A stretch of 64,000 nt of DNA from positions 46,094 through 110,093 of the forward strand of contig JAZNJH010000031.1 of NCBI GenBank assembly GCA_045577925.1, written 5' to 3'. The notes beneath the pieces were generated by a model. That model had not been told where the DNA came from. It did no database searches and was given only the letters and a program-made list of their open reading frames with translations. Below, in pieces: positions 36,399 to 45,431 of the stretch (its first letter is position 1; each line of letters starts with the position of its first letter). The stretch is from Eubacteriales bacterium (GTDB lineage: Bacteria > Bacillota > Clostridia > Oscillospirales > CAG-272). Position numbers and translations under genes: made by a program.

Positions 36399-37544
36399 AT
36401 GAAGGTTCTTATTTTATCTGTAACTGCCGGACAGGGACACAATTCAACGGCTAAAGCAATTTCTGACTACTTAACGGGCTATGGCGCTGATGTAAGAGTA
36501 CTTGATACCATAAGATACATCAACAGGTTACTTGGAAAAACCGTTGACCTTGGCTACCTGTTTGTATCAAGTCGTGCAAAGCTTGCATACAAAGGCGCAT
36601 ACAGGCTTGCAGAAATGCGCAAAAAGACAACTATGGATACCAGCCCCGGAGCATTGACGATAAAATTTATCGCTTCAAAGCTCCAGAAGTATATAAGCGC
36701 TTATAATCCCGATGTTATAATATGTACGCACGTTTTTGCCGGCATGTTTATCAACGTTTTAAAGGATAGTGAAAAACTTAAAGCAAAAACTATCGGCATA
36801 TTGACAGATTTTGCTTTTCATCCTTATTGGGAAGAGGGTGACAATCTTGATTACATAGTCGTTCCAAGTGAAAATTTGTATTTCAAAGCCTGCCAGAAGG
36901 GATTTGAAAAATCCCAGATACTTCCCTTTGGTATACCGATAAATCCTAAATTTGAATATTCTATGCCAAAAGATGCTGCAAAGAAGCATTTCGGCTTAGA
37001 TCCCAATAAGAAAACATTGTTGCTGATGGGCGGAAGCATGGGCTATGGTAATATAGCCAAGACTCTTAAAAAGCTTGATAATATTGAAGGCGATTTCCAG
37101 ATCATTAACATATGCGGAAACAATAAACGCTCAAAAAAGGCAATTGATGAAACGATCTTTAATAAGAAAGTATTGAATTTTGGCTTTGTTGATTACGTTG
37201 ATGAGCTTATGGACGCCGCAGATGTTATCGTTACCAAGCCGGGCGGACTAACGAGTTCAGAAGCTATGGCCAAAGGCTTACCAATGGTTATAGTGAATCC
37301 TATACCTGGTCAGGAGGATAGAAATACCGAGTTTTTAGTTAATAATGGTTGCGCTATGGCTGTTTCTCCAACATATGAACTTGAGGAAATAATTTATACC
37401 TTGATGAATAATGAAAAGCGCCTTGAGATTATGCACGAAAGTATAGCTGATATAGCTCGTCCTGATTCGACAAAGAAATTATGTAATTTTGTCTTAGAAT
37501 TCGAAAAGAAGAACAATTTAGCAAGCAAATCGCGGTATAAATAA
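36399..37544 (+). CDS. Diacylglycerol glycosyltransferase (MGDG-synthase family, GT28, UgtP-like)
   Basis: KVLILSVTAGQGHNSTAKAI is the MGDG_synth N-terminal motif, and the C-terminal segment is VTKPGGLTSSEAMAKGLPMV. Confidence 0.85.
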   Translation: MKVLILSVTAGQGHNSTAKAISDYLTGYGADVRVLDTIRYINRLLGKTVDLGYLFVSSRAKLAYKGAYRLAEMRKKTTMDTSPGALTIKFIASKLQKYISAYNPDVIICTHVFAGMFINVLKDSEKLKAKTIGILTDFAFHPYWEEGDNLDYIVVPSENLYFKACQKGFEKSQILPFGIPINPKFEYSMPKDAAKKHFGLDPNKKTLLLMGGSMGYGNIAKTLKKLDNIEGDFQIINICGNNKRSKKAIDETIFNKKVLNFGFVDYVDELMDAADVIVTKPGGLTSSEAMAKGLPMVIVNPIPGQEDRNTEFLVNNGCAMAVSPTYELEEIIYTLMNNEKRLEIMHESIADIARPDSTKKLCNFVLEFEKKNNLASKSRYK

Positions 37545-37587
37545 AAACATGCACCTTTGATTTTAAGCTTCAAAGGTGCATGTTTTT
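37544..37587. terminator. Bidirectional rho-independent terminator
   Basis: AAAAACATGCACCTTTGA pairs with TCAAAGGTGCATGTTTTT in a stem of about 17 bp. It overlaps the rsmI stop codon. Confidence 0.8.
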
Positions 37588-38494
37588 ATTTATTTTTGTT
37601 AATTTCTTTATATATACTACTTTTGGATAATCCTCTGTCCTTCGCAACAGCCTTCATAGCGTCCATTTTGGAAAGACCGCTTTCAATATAATAATCTACG
37701 TGTTCTTCAATTGACATATCACTATAAAAAGCTCTGCCTTTAAGTTCGCTTTCACTAATAGGCGAGATTATTATAACGTACTCCCCTCTCGGCTCACTTT
37801 CGCTATATATGGCAATTGCACCACGTATGTCGGTTCTTATAACCTCTTCGTTTAATTTAGTTAATTCACGGCACAGAGCAATTTTTCGCTCTTCACCAAA
37901 ATACTTTTTCATATCAGATAACGTTTGCTTTAATTTATGTGGTGCTTCATAAAAAATCAATGTACGCTTCTCTTCCGAAACTTCTTCAAGCCGCTTTCTT
38001 CGCTCAGATTTGTTTGCAGATAAAAAGCCTTCAAAAGCAAACCGCGCTGTAAATATTCCTGAAAGTATAAGAGCATTGATAGCTGCACAAGGGCCGGGTA
38101 CGCTTGTTACGGTAATGTTGCGTTCGATACACAAAGCTACAAGGTCTTCGCCGGGGTCACTTATTGCAGGCGTTCCTGCGTCGGTTACAAGAGCACACGA
38201 TTCGCCTGAAGAAATACGGTCGCATATGATACTGCCACGTTCGCGCTTATTGTGTTCATAGTATGAAACAAGCGGCTTTTTTATTCCCATTTTAGAAAGT
38301 AAAAAGGCTGTATTTCGCGTATCTTCCGCTGCAATAAAATCAACCTCAGAAAGAGTTTTTACAGCTCTCTCGGAAAGATCTGACAAATTACCGATAGGTG
38401 TTGCCACAAGATATAATACGCCCGGTAATATTGCGTTTTTTTCACTTGAATATAATTTATCTGGATTTTTGATACTGCTCATTAAATTCACCAT
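37586..38494 (-). CDS. rsmI: 16S rRNA (cytidine1402-2'-O)-methyltransferase RsmI
   Basis: LYLVATPIGNLSDLSERA, AEDTR, VTDAGTPAISDPG, and C-terminal GIY-YIG-less tail. The start is uncertain (38494, or Met5 at 38482). It overlaps the upstream methyltransferase gene. Confidence 0.9.
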   Translation of the reverse strand: MVNLMSSIKNPDKLYSSEKNAILPGVLYLVATPIGNLSDLSERAVKTLSEVDFIAAEDTRNTAFLLSKMGIKKPLVSYYEHNKRERGSIICDRISSGESCALVTDAGTPAISDPGEDLVALCIERNITVTSVPGPCAAINALILSGIFTARFAFEGFLSANKSERRKRLEEVSEEKRTLIFYEAPHKLKQTLSDMKKYFGEERKIALCRELTKLNEEVIRTDIRGAIAIYSESEPRGEYVIIISPISESELKGRAFYSDMSIEEHVDYYIESGLSKMDAMKAVAKDRGLSKSSIYKEINKNK

Positions 38495-39209
38495 TTTCGT
38501 ATATATATTTTAAATCATCGGTGTAAGAAAGATCTTCATTATACATGATCAGGGGTTTTGTTATTATAATTGACGACGATGCTCCTTTTTTCCCCTCTGC
38601 CAACACAATACAGGGGCAGAGGTCTGCTCTTGCATGGACAAAAGTAAGCCTTTTGGGCTCAAGAGTTGCGCTTCTCATTGCGTCAAGAAGATCTGTAAGT
38701 CTGTCCGGTCTGTATACACAGTAAAAATATCCGCCATGCTTCAGAACCCTTTGAGCAGAACAACAGAAATCATATATTGTTCCGTAAATTTCATGTCGCG
38801 CAACGTTTTTTGTAAGAGCTTCATTTGATTTTCCGCTATCGGATTTCATATACGGCGGATTTGAAAATACAACGTCAATTTGTTTGCCAAAATATTCGTG
38901 TCCTATTTTTGTAATATCTGTGTTATGTGCTTCTATATACTTGTTAAGGCCATTTTCACTTATGTTTTTGCATATGATATCATAAAAATCATTTTGAATC
39001 TCACATGCGTGAATTTTAGCATACTTTCTTTTTGCTGCCGATAAAAGTGATATTACACCTGTTCCGCTTCCGAAATCAGCCGCGATAGCTTTTTGCCTTT
39101 TTTTCATATAGGCATACAATAAATAAGCATCACTTGTGAATGTAAGTCCTTCCGTTTTTTGAAATATTTTCAAGTTTTCATTTATTTCAGTCAGTATTAA
39201 ATCGCTCAT
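38457..39209 (-). CDS. tRNA1(Val) (adenine37-N6)-methyltransferase-like (TrmN6/YfiC family, N6-adenine MTase)
   Basis: ADFGSGTGVISLL (motif I) and VFSNPPYM (motif IV NPPY). I prefer the ATG at 39209 (MSDLILTE). The track's GTG at 39224 remains possible. Confidence 0.8.
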   Translation of the reverse strand: MSDLILTEINENLKIFQKTEGLTFTSDAYLLYAYMKKRQKAIAADFGSGTGVISLLSAAKRKYAKIHACEIQNDFYDIICKNISENGLNKYIEAHNTDITKIGHEYFGKQIDVVFSNPPYMKSDSGKSNEALTKNVARHEIYGTIYDFCCSAQRVLKHGGYFYCVYRPDRLTDLLDAMRSATLEPKRLTFVHARADLCPCIVLAEGKKGASSSIIITKPLIMYNEDLSYTDDLKYIYENGEFNEQYQKSR

Positions 39210-39376
39210 CGTCAACAGTTTCACCGTTTACGGTGTTTTTCCTTTATAGTAATTATTGATTTTGAGTATAAAATCTTTATATATACAAATAATAATTTTG
39301 CAAAAGACAAAAGTCGCTTGCCGGCATTACATGCATTTACAATGCTGATAACGTGGTAATAAGAAAGGAAAAAGTT

Positions 39377-39520
39377 ATGGATAACAACCAGAACAAGAAC
39401 CAGAACAAAAACCAGAATAACAATCAGAACAGAAACCAGAATAACAACCAGAATAACAACCAGAACAACAATCAGAACAAAAACCAAAACAAGAATAAGT
39501 CTGAAAACTACGAAAGATAA
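39377..39520 (+). CDS. Small ORF (47 aa) encoding an Asn/Gln-repeat peptide: MDNNQNKNQNKNQNNNQNRNQNNNQNNNQNNNQNKNQNKNKSENYER
   Basis: Not in the ORF track because it is below 60 aa. The ATG at 39377 is preceded by AAGGA with a 7-nt spacer. TAA is at 39518-39520. An intrinsic terminator follows 21 nt downstream. It is a lone plus-strand unit between two minus-strand operons. Confidence 0.55.
   Translation: MDNNQNKNQNKNQNNNQNRNQNNNQNNNQNNNQNKNQNKNKSENYER
39386..39493. repeat. Nine tandem 12-bp units, consensus AAC CAG AAY NNN
   Basis: Read directly from the sequence: aaccagaacaag / aaccagaacaaa / aaccagaataac / aatcagaacaga / aaccagaataac / aaccagaataac / aaccagaacaac / aatcagaacaaa / aaccaaaacaag. 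Confidence 0.9.
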
Positions 39521-39541
39521 GTGCTGTAATATAAATCTTTC

Positions 39542-39577
39542 AGATGCCTTTGACGCTTGTCAAAGGCATCTTTTATT
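39542..39577 (+). terminator. Rho-independent terminator after the small Asn/Gln ORF
   Basis: AGATGCCTTTGAC, loop GCTT, GTCAAAGGCATCT (13-bp stem), followed by TTTTATT on the plus strand. The minus-strand side has only a poor U-tract. Confidence 0.75.
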
Positions 39578-40628
39578 AAATCACTTTCAGTGCCTTCAAG
39601 AGTACAGATCCAATAGCATCTGACATTCTGCTTACTCCAAGATCGTTGGGATGGCAACCGTCGACGGTACAGTCTTCCCTGTCGCGGCCGCCAAACAGCA
39701 TATATGAATCTATGTAGTATACCTTATTGTCACCATTTTTGCGAGCATTGTCATAAGTAGCGAATACAATTGAACGCCTGTTGTAATAGCTTATACCCAC
39801 ATCAGGCTTGCCCACTATTATATACGGTATATCCGGATGCTTCTCTCTTATTGCTTTATATAGCTTTTCGTGGGTATTTAAGAGCTCTTCATCCTTTGCG
39901 TTGTGATCATAGTCGCTTACAAAAACAGACATGTCAAGGCTTGCAAGATATTGTATCATAGCGTCCTCGCCCTTTGCGCTTCCGGAAAAGCCAAGGCAAG
40001 TGTAATCAATGTTTGATTCGCGGCAAATTTTTGCTTCATAAGTTAAACCCGGTCTGCTGACGCATCCTCCTTGTGTAATTGATGAACCGTAATATATTAC
40101 AGGCTCAATATCAACATAAGGTGTAGCAGACTTTATTGTATGCCCCGGCATTATTCCTATTTCAAGCTTGTTTAGAGGATTATATATAGGAAGATAGAGT
40201 GTGATCTCCTTTTCGCCTTCTCCAAGGTTTACGATGTGAACGCAGTCGCGTTCGGGATGTAATTGAGGCTTTAAGGTTGTACGGTAGATCTCACACCTTT
40301 GACTTTTTTTCATATATACGTCTATTCCTGCAGAAGCTGAAACTGACATATTTTGATATAAAATAACCTTATCTTCTACAAAACGAACGGCAATAGACGG
40401 TGCATCTGTTGAGAAACGAACTCTTCCGCCGGAGGTATTAAAATTGAGCGAAGCCACGTCTTTGCTTGTTGCTTTGGCAACATCTTCAGGGATGCGGCAG
40501 TATTTGCTAAGCTTACGTGTATTGTAAAGTCCGTGTATTGATACCTCGTTAATATCCAATACGTCTCTGAAGATATATCCGCTGACATCAGGGCAGTCAT
40601 AAATGCCGCCTTCAAATTTTCTGTTCAT
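39576..40628 (-). CDS. SGNH/GDSL-family hydrolase with an N-terminal beta-rich (carbohydrate-binding-like) domain
   Basis: Block I YYGSSITQGG holds the catalytic Ser. Block V is DGCHPNDLG (Asp/His). 350 aa. Confidence 0.8.
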   Translation of the reverse strand: MNRKFEGGIYDCPDVSGYIFRDVLDINEVSIHGLYNTRKLSKYCRIPEDVAKATSKDVASLNFNTSGGRVRFSTDAPSIAVRFVEDKVILYQNMSVSASAGIDVYMKKSQRCEIYRTTLKPQLHPERDCVHIVNLGEGEKEITLYLPIYNPLNKLEIGIMPGHTIKSATPYVDIEPVIYYGSSITQGGCVSRPGLTYEAKICRESNIDYTCLGFSGSAKGEDAMIQYLASLDMSVFVSDYDHNAKDEELLNTHEKLYKAIREKHPDIPYIIVGKPDVGISYYNRRSIVFATYDNARKNGDNKVYYIDSYMLFGGRDREDCTVDGCHPNDLGVSRMSDAIGSVLLKALKVI

Positions 40629-40640
40629 TACAAAACCTTT

Positions 40641-42869
40641 CTAAGTAAGATTATCTAATGTTGGTGTTATTGTTTCAAGAAATGCCAGGTCGTCGCTTGT
40701 AGGCATCTCATGATTAGAATATCCTGTGGGAGAATTTGATTTCTTTGTATCTACATTCTTATCGTCAAATACAAAGATCAGTTTATTATTTTCAAGCTTT
40801 AATTTTGCATCAAATTTATTCCCTGCTTTTGATACAAAGCCTTCAATTCTTGACGAATAGCCAGTTTCGAGTAATAATTTTGCGTTTGCTTTTGATATTA
40901 CGCGATTACATAAAAATCCGCTTATTCTGAAATTGCAGCCTTCTTTATAACCTTTACAACCGTATCCGTACCTGCCCTTTACAACATTATTACCGCACAT
41001 AGGACAACTACCTATCATATCTCCGAAGAATCCGTCGTCATAATCTGTTTCAGGAGTAACGTTATCCCTTGCTTTGAATACGTCGCTTATTTCACGAACA
41101 GCAAGCGCAACGCTATCGTCAATGCTGATGTCCCCGCGATATACACCTTTCAGCGCACGGCCGAGTTCGCTCGTCTTGTATTTATCCATTGATATATTCA
41201 TTCTTTGCAGGGCCTCAATAAGATACTCACCGTCGGGAAGAATCGTGTATACGTCCTTATTTAGCTTTATATAATTGCTTTTCCGTGCATTCTCGATTAT
41301 ACCGGTTCGCGTTGCCTCCGTTCCAAGCTCAAGTCCCTCAAAAATCGCTTTGTAATCGTCGTCATCGCTATCACCGGCTTCCTGACTTGCTTGTTTATCT
41401 TCCTTGAACGGATTTTTGAGATAGTTATTCAGGGTTTCTATTGTATAATGCTTCGGAGGAGTTGTTTCTTTTTCAACAGGCTCGAAATCAGTTTGTATTA
41501 TATCGCCTTTCTCAAGCTTTGGTAATATCTTGTCTTTTTGGTTATGATCGTCGTATCTGGTCCAACCCGGTTCAATAATAGTAGTTCCTTTGAGAGTGAA
41601 TTCTTCATATTCGCCGGTTTTTATTTTAATTTCGCTTTTTTCAACTTTACATTCTTCGCTGCAGAATACTGCAACAAATCTTCGCATTATAGTTGAATAC
41701 ACCTGTGTTTCTTCGTGCGAAAGCTTTGTTTTATCAGGAATTTTATAGGTTGGTGTCAGCGCTGAATGAGATTCGATCTTGGAATCGTCAAATATCATTT
41801 TGCTGAATTTGAATTCAACCGGATAGCCAAGCTTTTTTACGCCTGATATGATTTTTTTGACCTTATCCTGCTCTGCTGTTGCAAGGTACTCACTGTTTGT
41901 ACGCGGATAGGTAACGTAACCTTCCTCGTAAAGCTTCTGAAGTATTGCAAGGCTCTTTTCCATTGGCATTTTGTATTTTTTGCCTAAAAGATTCTGAAGC
42001 TTCGAAAGCGAGTATAACTTTGGTGCAGAAAGCTTGTCCTTTTTACTTTTGCGTGAAATTACAATCGTTTGCGCGCTATTATATTTGTTTGCATCCGCAT
42101 TTGCCTTTTCATGATCCTTTGCGGGGTATTTGTTCTTGCTCAAAAGATCAATTTTTTCACCGTCACGCTCAGTTTTGCTTGCGATAGAATAATATTTTTC
42201 GCTTTTGAAGTTCTTTATAGCCATGTCGCGGTCATAAATAGCCTTAACGATAGGAATAATTACGCGACCGACTCTGAGAAGCGTTCCGCATTTCAAAGTA
42301 GCAAAGCGCGTGAGATTAACACCGTATAACCAGTCGATATATGTTCGTGCAAAGCCTTCGTTTGCAAGAGATTCGTATTCATTTTCATCTTTCATATCTG
42401 AAAGAGCCGCCCGTATTGTCTCGGAAGTCTGATCAGGCAGCCAAAGTCTTTTAAATGATTTGCCCAGTTCAAGAGCACGCGTATTCATTACGCAAAGCCT
42501 TATTATAATTTCGCCCTCTCTGTCCGAGTCGCCTGCATTTATAACGGTATCAACGTCTTCTCGTTCGCAAAGAGTTTTAATTATGCCGAACTGCCTTTCG
42601 ACACCGGGGTCAGTTTTCTTAGATTGATCCTGCCTAAGTCTGAATTTGAAGCTGTCGGGAAAGCAGGGTAAATTTTCTATTGTCCAGCGCTTTGTACCGT
42701 CAGGATTTGGTGAGTAATCATCAATATCACAGAGCGAAAAAAGATGACCAAATGCCCAGGTTACGATGTAACCTGAGCCTTCATAGTAACTCTGTTTTTG
42801 TGACATGTTTCCGATGCTTGACACTATATTACGTGCTAGCGACGGTTTTTCTGCGATGATCAGCTTCAT
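40641..42869 (-). CDS. topB: DNA topoisomerase III (type IA) with a C-terminal zinc-ribbon region
   Basis: Toprim KLIIAEKPS and DSDREGE, active-site segment GYVTYPRTNSEYL, and C-terminal CPMCGNNV...GCKGYKEGCNF. Confidence 0.93.
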   Translation of the reverse strand: MKLIIAEKPSLARNIVSSIGNMSQKQSYYEGSGYIVTWAFGHLFSLCDIDDYSPNPDGTKRWTIENLPCFPDSFKFRLRQDQSKKTDPGVERQFGIIKTLCEREDVDTVINAGDSDREGEIIIRLCVMNTRALELGKSFKRLWLPDQTSETIRAALSDMKDENEYESLANEGFARTYIDWLYGVNLTRFATLKCGTLLRVGRVIIPIVKAIYDRDMAIKNFKSEKYYSIASKTERDGEKIDLLSKNKYPAKDHEKANADANKYNSAQTIVISRKSKKDKLSAPKLYSLSKLQNLLGKKYKMPMEKSLAILQKLYEEGYVTYPRTNSEYLATAEQDKVKKIISGVKKLGYPVEFKFSKMIFDDSKIESHSALTPTYKIPDKTKLSHEETQVYSTIMRRFVAVFCSEECKVEKSEIKIKTGEYEEFTLKGTTIIEPGWTRYDDHNQKDKILPKLEKGDIIQTDFEPVEKETTPPKHYTIETLNNYLKNPFKEDKQASQEAGDSDDDDYKAIFEGLELGTEATRTGIIENARKSNYIKLNKDVYTILPDGEYLIEALQRMNISMDKYKTSELGRALKGVYRGDISIDDSVALAVREISDVFKARDNVTPETDYDDGFFGDMIGSCPMCGNNVVKGRYGYGCKGYKEGCNFRISGFLCNRVISKANAKLLLETGYSSRIEGFVSKAGNKFDAKLKLENNKLIFVFDDKNVDTKKSNSPTGYSNHEMPTSDDLAFLETITPTLDNLT

Positions 42870-42881
42870 TTATGAATTTCC

Positions 42882-44207
42882 TTAAAAATATTTCTTTTCA
42901 ATACCATCTCTTAGGCTTGAATACATGCTATATGAATACAGATACCATAATACACACAATACAAATTCAAGCATCCATATCTGAGGTATGTTGCCAAGAT
43001 TAATAAAAGTGAAAACCTTTGAAACGCAAGCAAGCGTGAATAATAAAAACGACACTGTTGTTCTGCGTTTATATACTCTTATCTGCGCATTATTAAACTC
43101 TTGTGTTTTTCTATTATCAATATGCAGGGATTCGCTCAGAGCATCGTTTAAGGCTATTCTATACGTAAGCTTTATCAGTATAAAATAAGTGATTAAAAGC
43201 AGCGCAAATTCAACCGCTGTCACAACTAGTGTGATAATGAAAAAATCATACGCCTTAAATGAACGCGTAATTACATCATAAGAGTAGTTTGCCAAAAAGA
43301 CAAATCTGAATGCGTAGGAAACAAGAGATGCTATTATAGAGAGCGCGGAGAACGTTATCAATGGTTTAGTGGCATAACCTGATTTTGAAAGGCTTATTGC
43401 TCCAGAAAAGGCAAGCAAAGGCATTATAAATCTTGGTACTATATCCATACTGTCAAATACTATACAAATAAGAAATAGCCCCGAAATTGAAATTACAAAA
43501 TAAGCATTCGATATTGAAAGGGCGCGATGCTTTCCCGTATCTACAATCTTTTCTTCATAAGATATATTTATTTTTTCTATAAAGTTTTTCTCTTTGCAGA
43601 TTTTATTTGTAAACGGTATTATTACAGAAAGCCATATTATGCCAATTATAGCGCAAGCAATTACGCAAAATGCGTAAAATAAAGGCTTAAACGACAACAA
43701 CGTTCTGTAACCTTCGCTCATGATATTCGAACTATGGGCGGAAAGCTCTGAAAACTCCGGAAAAGTTGACAATAAACAATGTGATGCAAAGAATACATAT
43801 GTGAGCTTTTCAGCTTTATATATCCTCTCTTTATTAAAGCGACCCGATGTTTCATAAATACTATGCCCGTCATAAAGTCCTGCAAGCTCGTTTAATCCCG
43901 AAAACAGATGTTTTATGGCAGGTATGCCACATATGAGTCGCATTGTATTTACAGCAAATGTTATAGTTAATACCATTGTTGAGTCAATATTGCCAATAAG
44001 GAAAATACAAATAAAGCTTGCAAATGAAACCCAAGCCATTTTGATTATACTGTTGGCAGCATTTTGCATCTGAATAGATAAATGACGTACTTTTCCAATT
44101 GCGTTGTAAAGTAAAATCCATGCAATAAAGTCCGGAAAAATATCTATTACGTTGATATGCGGATTAAATAAAAAAATAAATGATATTATGTATTTTATAC
44201 AGTTCAT
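42882..44207 (-). CDS. Hypothetical polytopic membrane protein (about 10 TM segments)
   Basis: 441 aa, strongly hydrophobic, with N-terminal FLFNPHINVIDIFPDFIAWILLYNAIGKV. No family recognised. Confidence 0.55.
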   Translation of the reverse strand: MNCIKYIISFIFLFNPHINVIDIFPDFIAWILLYNAIGKVRHLSIQMQNAANSIIKMAWVSFASFICIFLIGNIDSTMVLTITFAVNTMRLICGIPAIKHLFSGLNELAGLYDGHSIYETSGRFNKERIYKAEKLTYVFFASHCLLSTFPEFSELSAHSSNIMSEGYRTLLSFKPLFYAFCVIACAIIGIIWLSVIIPFTNKICKEKNFIEKINISYEEKIVDTGKHRALSISNAYFVISISGLFLICIVFDSMDIVPRFIMPLLAFSGAISLSKSGYATKPLITFSALSIIASLVSYAFRFVFLANYSYDVITRSFKAYDFFIITLVVTAVEFALLLITYFILIKLTYRIALNDALSESLHIDNRKTQEFNNAQIRVYKRRTTVSFLLFTLACVSKVFTFINLGNIPQIWMLEFVLCVLWYLYSYSMYSSLRDGIEKKYF

Positions 44208-44230
44208 ATGTTCTCCGTATATTATCTTGC

Positions 44231-44800
44231 TTATTTATGCTTTGATTTGAGCGGCATATCTTCGTCGCCGGGCATGCATATTCTCATATATGCACTGAAT
44301 ATCAGCCAAAGCGATCCAATCAACCATACGATACCGAAAAATGCCGACATGATTGAAATTACAGGTGTTATTCTGAATGAGAAGTATGACGATACAGATG
44401 CAAACGCGACGAACAGATAATATATAATAATCAGGATCATCATACTGACTGCTTTAGAGTGCACAATTTTGTTTTCAGCAACAAGCGATATTTCAGAAAT
44501 ACCTTTATACATTAATAAGTTATAGGTAAAAACTGCAAGAATCATAACCGCCTGCATCAGATTTAAAATATCTTCATCGGTCACCGCGAGTTTTATTACT
44601 GCGTTTACCACGTACGATAAAGCGAGAATTATTGAGGCGTAGCTTGAAAGCCTGAAAGCTTTACTGTGGACTGACAATTTTCGTGATGCTATATAAAGTA
44701 AAACGGTACCAATGATTCCAACGATGCTAACTATGTAATTTGCCCCCGGAGTAAAACCGAAGGCAAAAAAATATGCACAAAACAAGATTCCGAACCCCAT
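44231..44800 (-). CDS. Hypothetical polytopic membrane protein (about 5-6 TM segments)
   Basis: 189 aa and hydrophobic throughout, with a short charged tail PGDEDMPLKSKHK. No family recognised. Confidence 0.55.
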   Translation of the reverse strand: MGFGILFCAYFFAFGFTPGANYIVSIVGIIGTVLLYIASRKLSVHSKAFRLSSYASIILALSYVVNAVIKLAVTDEDILNLMQAVMILAVFTYNLLMYKGISEISLVAENKIVHSKAVSMMILIIIYYLFVAFASVSSYFSFRITPVISIMSAFFGIVWLIGSLWLIFSAYMRICMPGDEDMPLKSKHK

Positions 44801-44822
44801 AATAGTACCTTCCCCGGATATT

Positions 44823-45410
44823 TTAGTTCACAGGACCAAACTTTGAAAATGGTCTTATTCTAGAAATGACTCTTCCGAATATATATCTTACATCAACGGT
44901 TCCTATATCACTGCTTCTGCTGTCATTGGAGTGGTTTCTGTTATCCCCCATCAGAAAGACTTCGCCTTTTGGAACAGTTATCGGAAAATCAATATCGTAC
45001 TCATTCATCCTATAATCCTCCTTATAGTTTATATAAGGTTCTATCATAGGATCACCGTTACTGTCTTCAAACAACGATTCCCCGTCAACATAAACTATCC
45101 AATTGTCAAAATCAATATCTACAACCTGACCTTCTGTTGCAATTACCCGCTTAACAATCGGACCGTTTACGTGACTGTTTGGTTGCTGAAAAACCACGAT
45201 ATCGCCTGCTTTTGGAGTGTATGCAAAATTGCTTACAAAAAGCACTTCTTTATCGATAAGTGTGTTCATCATTGAAGGTCCGTCAACTACGGTGAGTCTG
45301 CCAGCAAACATGAACGTAATTATAGTAATCGTTGCTGCTATTACAATCATTTCGAAGAAATCATATATAAATTTTGCAAGTCGGATCAGTTTAGAATCGG
45401 GTGCTAACAT
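44823..45410 (-). CDS. lepB: Signal peptidase I
   Basis: GPSMMNTL (catalytic Ser box), KRVIATEGQ (Lys box), GDNRNHSNDSR (box E), and an N-terminal TM anchor. Confidence 0.9.
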   Translation of the reverse strand: MLAPDSKLIRLAKFIYDFFEMIVIAATITIITFMFAGRLTVVDGPSMMNTLIDKEVLFVSNFAYTPKAGDIVVFQQPNSHVNGPIVKRVIATEGQVVDIDFDNWIVYVDGESLFEDSNGDPMIEPYINYKEDYRMNEYDIDFPITVPKGEVFLMGDNRNHSNDSRSSDIGTVDVRYIFGRVISRIRPFSKFGPVN

Positions 45411-45431
45411 GTAAGTTGCCTTCCTTGGTGT

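Noticed and set aside
39221-39487. The 88-aa minus-strand track ORF (MVFVLIVVLVVILVV...) covers the 12-bp repeat, and its stop overlaps the GTG of the trmN6-like ORF.
   Set aside because: It is the complementary reading of the Asn/Gln repeat. Its only start is a TTG with no SD upstream (CTTATTCTTGTT), and it has no internal ATG or GTG. The plus-strand ORF, by contrast, has a canonical SD, an ATG and its own terminator. I treat it as a mirror artefact, although expression data would be needed to exclude it fully.
40641-42869. topB as a marker of an integrative conjugative element.
   Set aside because: I found no integrase, relaxase, coupling protein, T4SS genes, flanking tRNA or direct repeats in the surrounding 20 kb. 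The neighbours are housekeeping genes.
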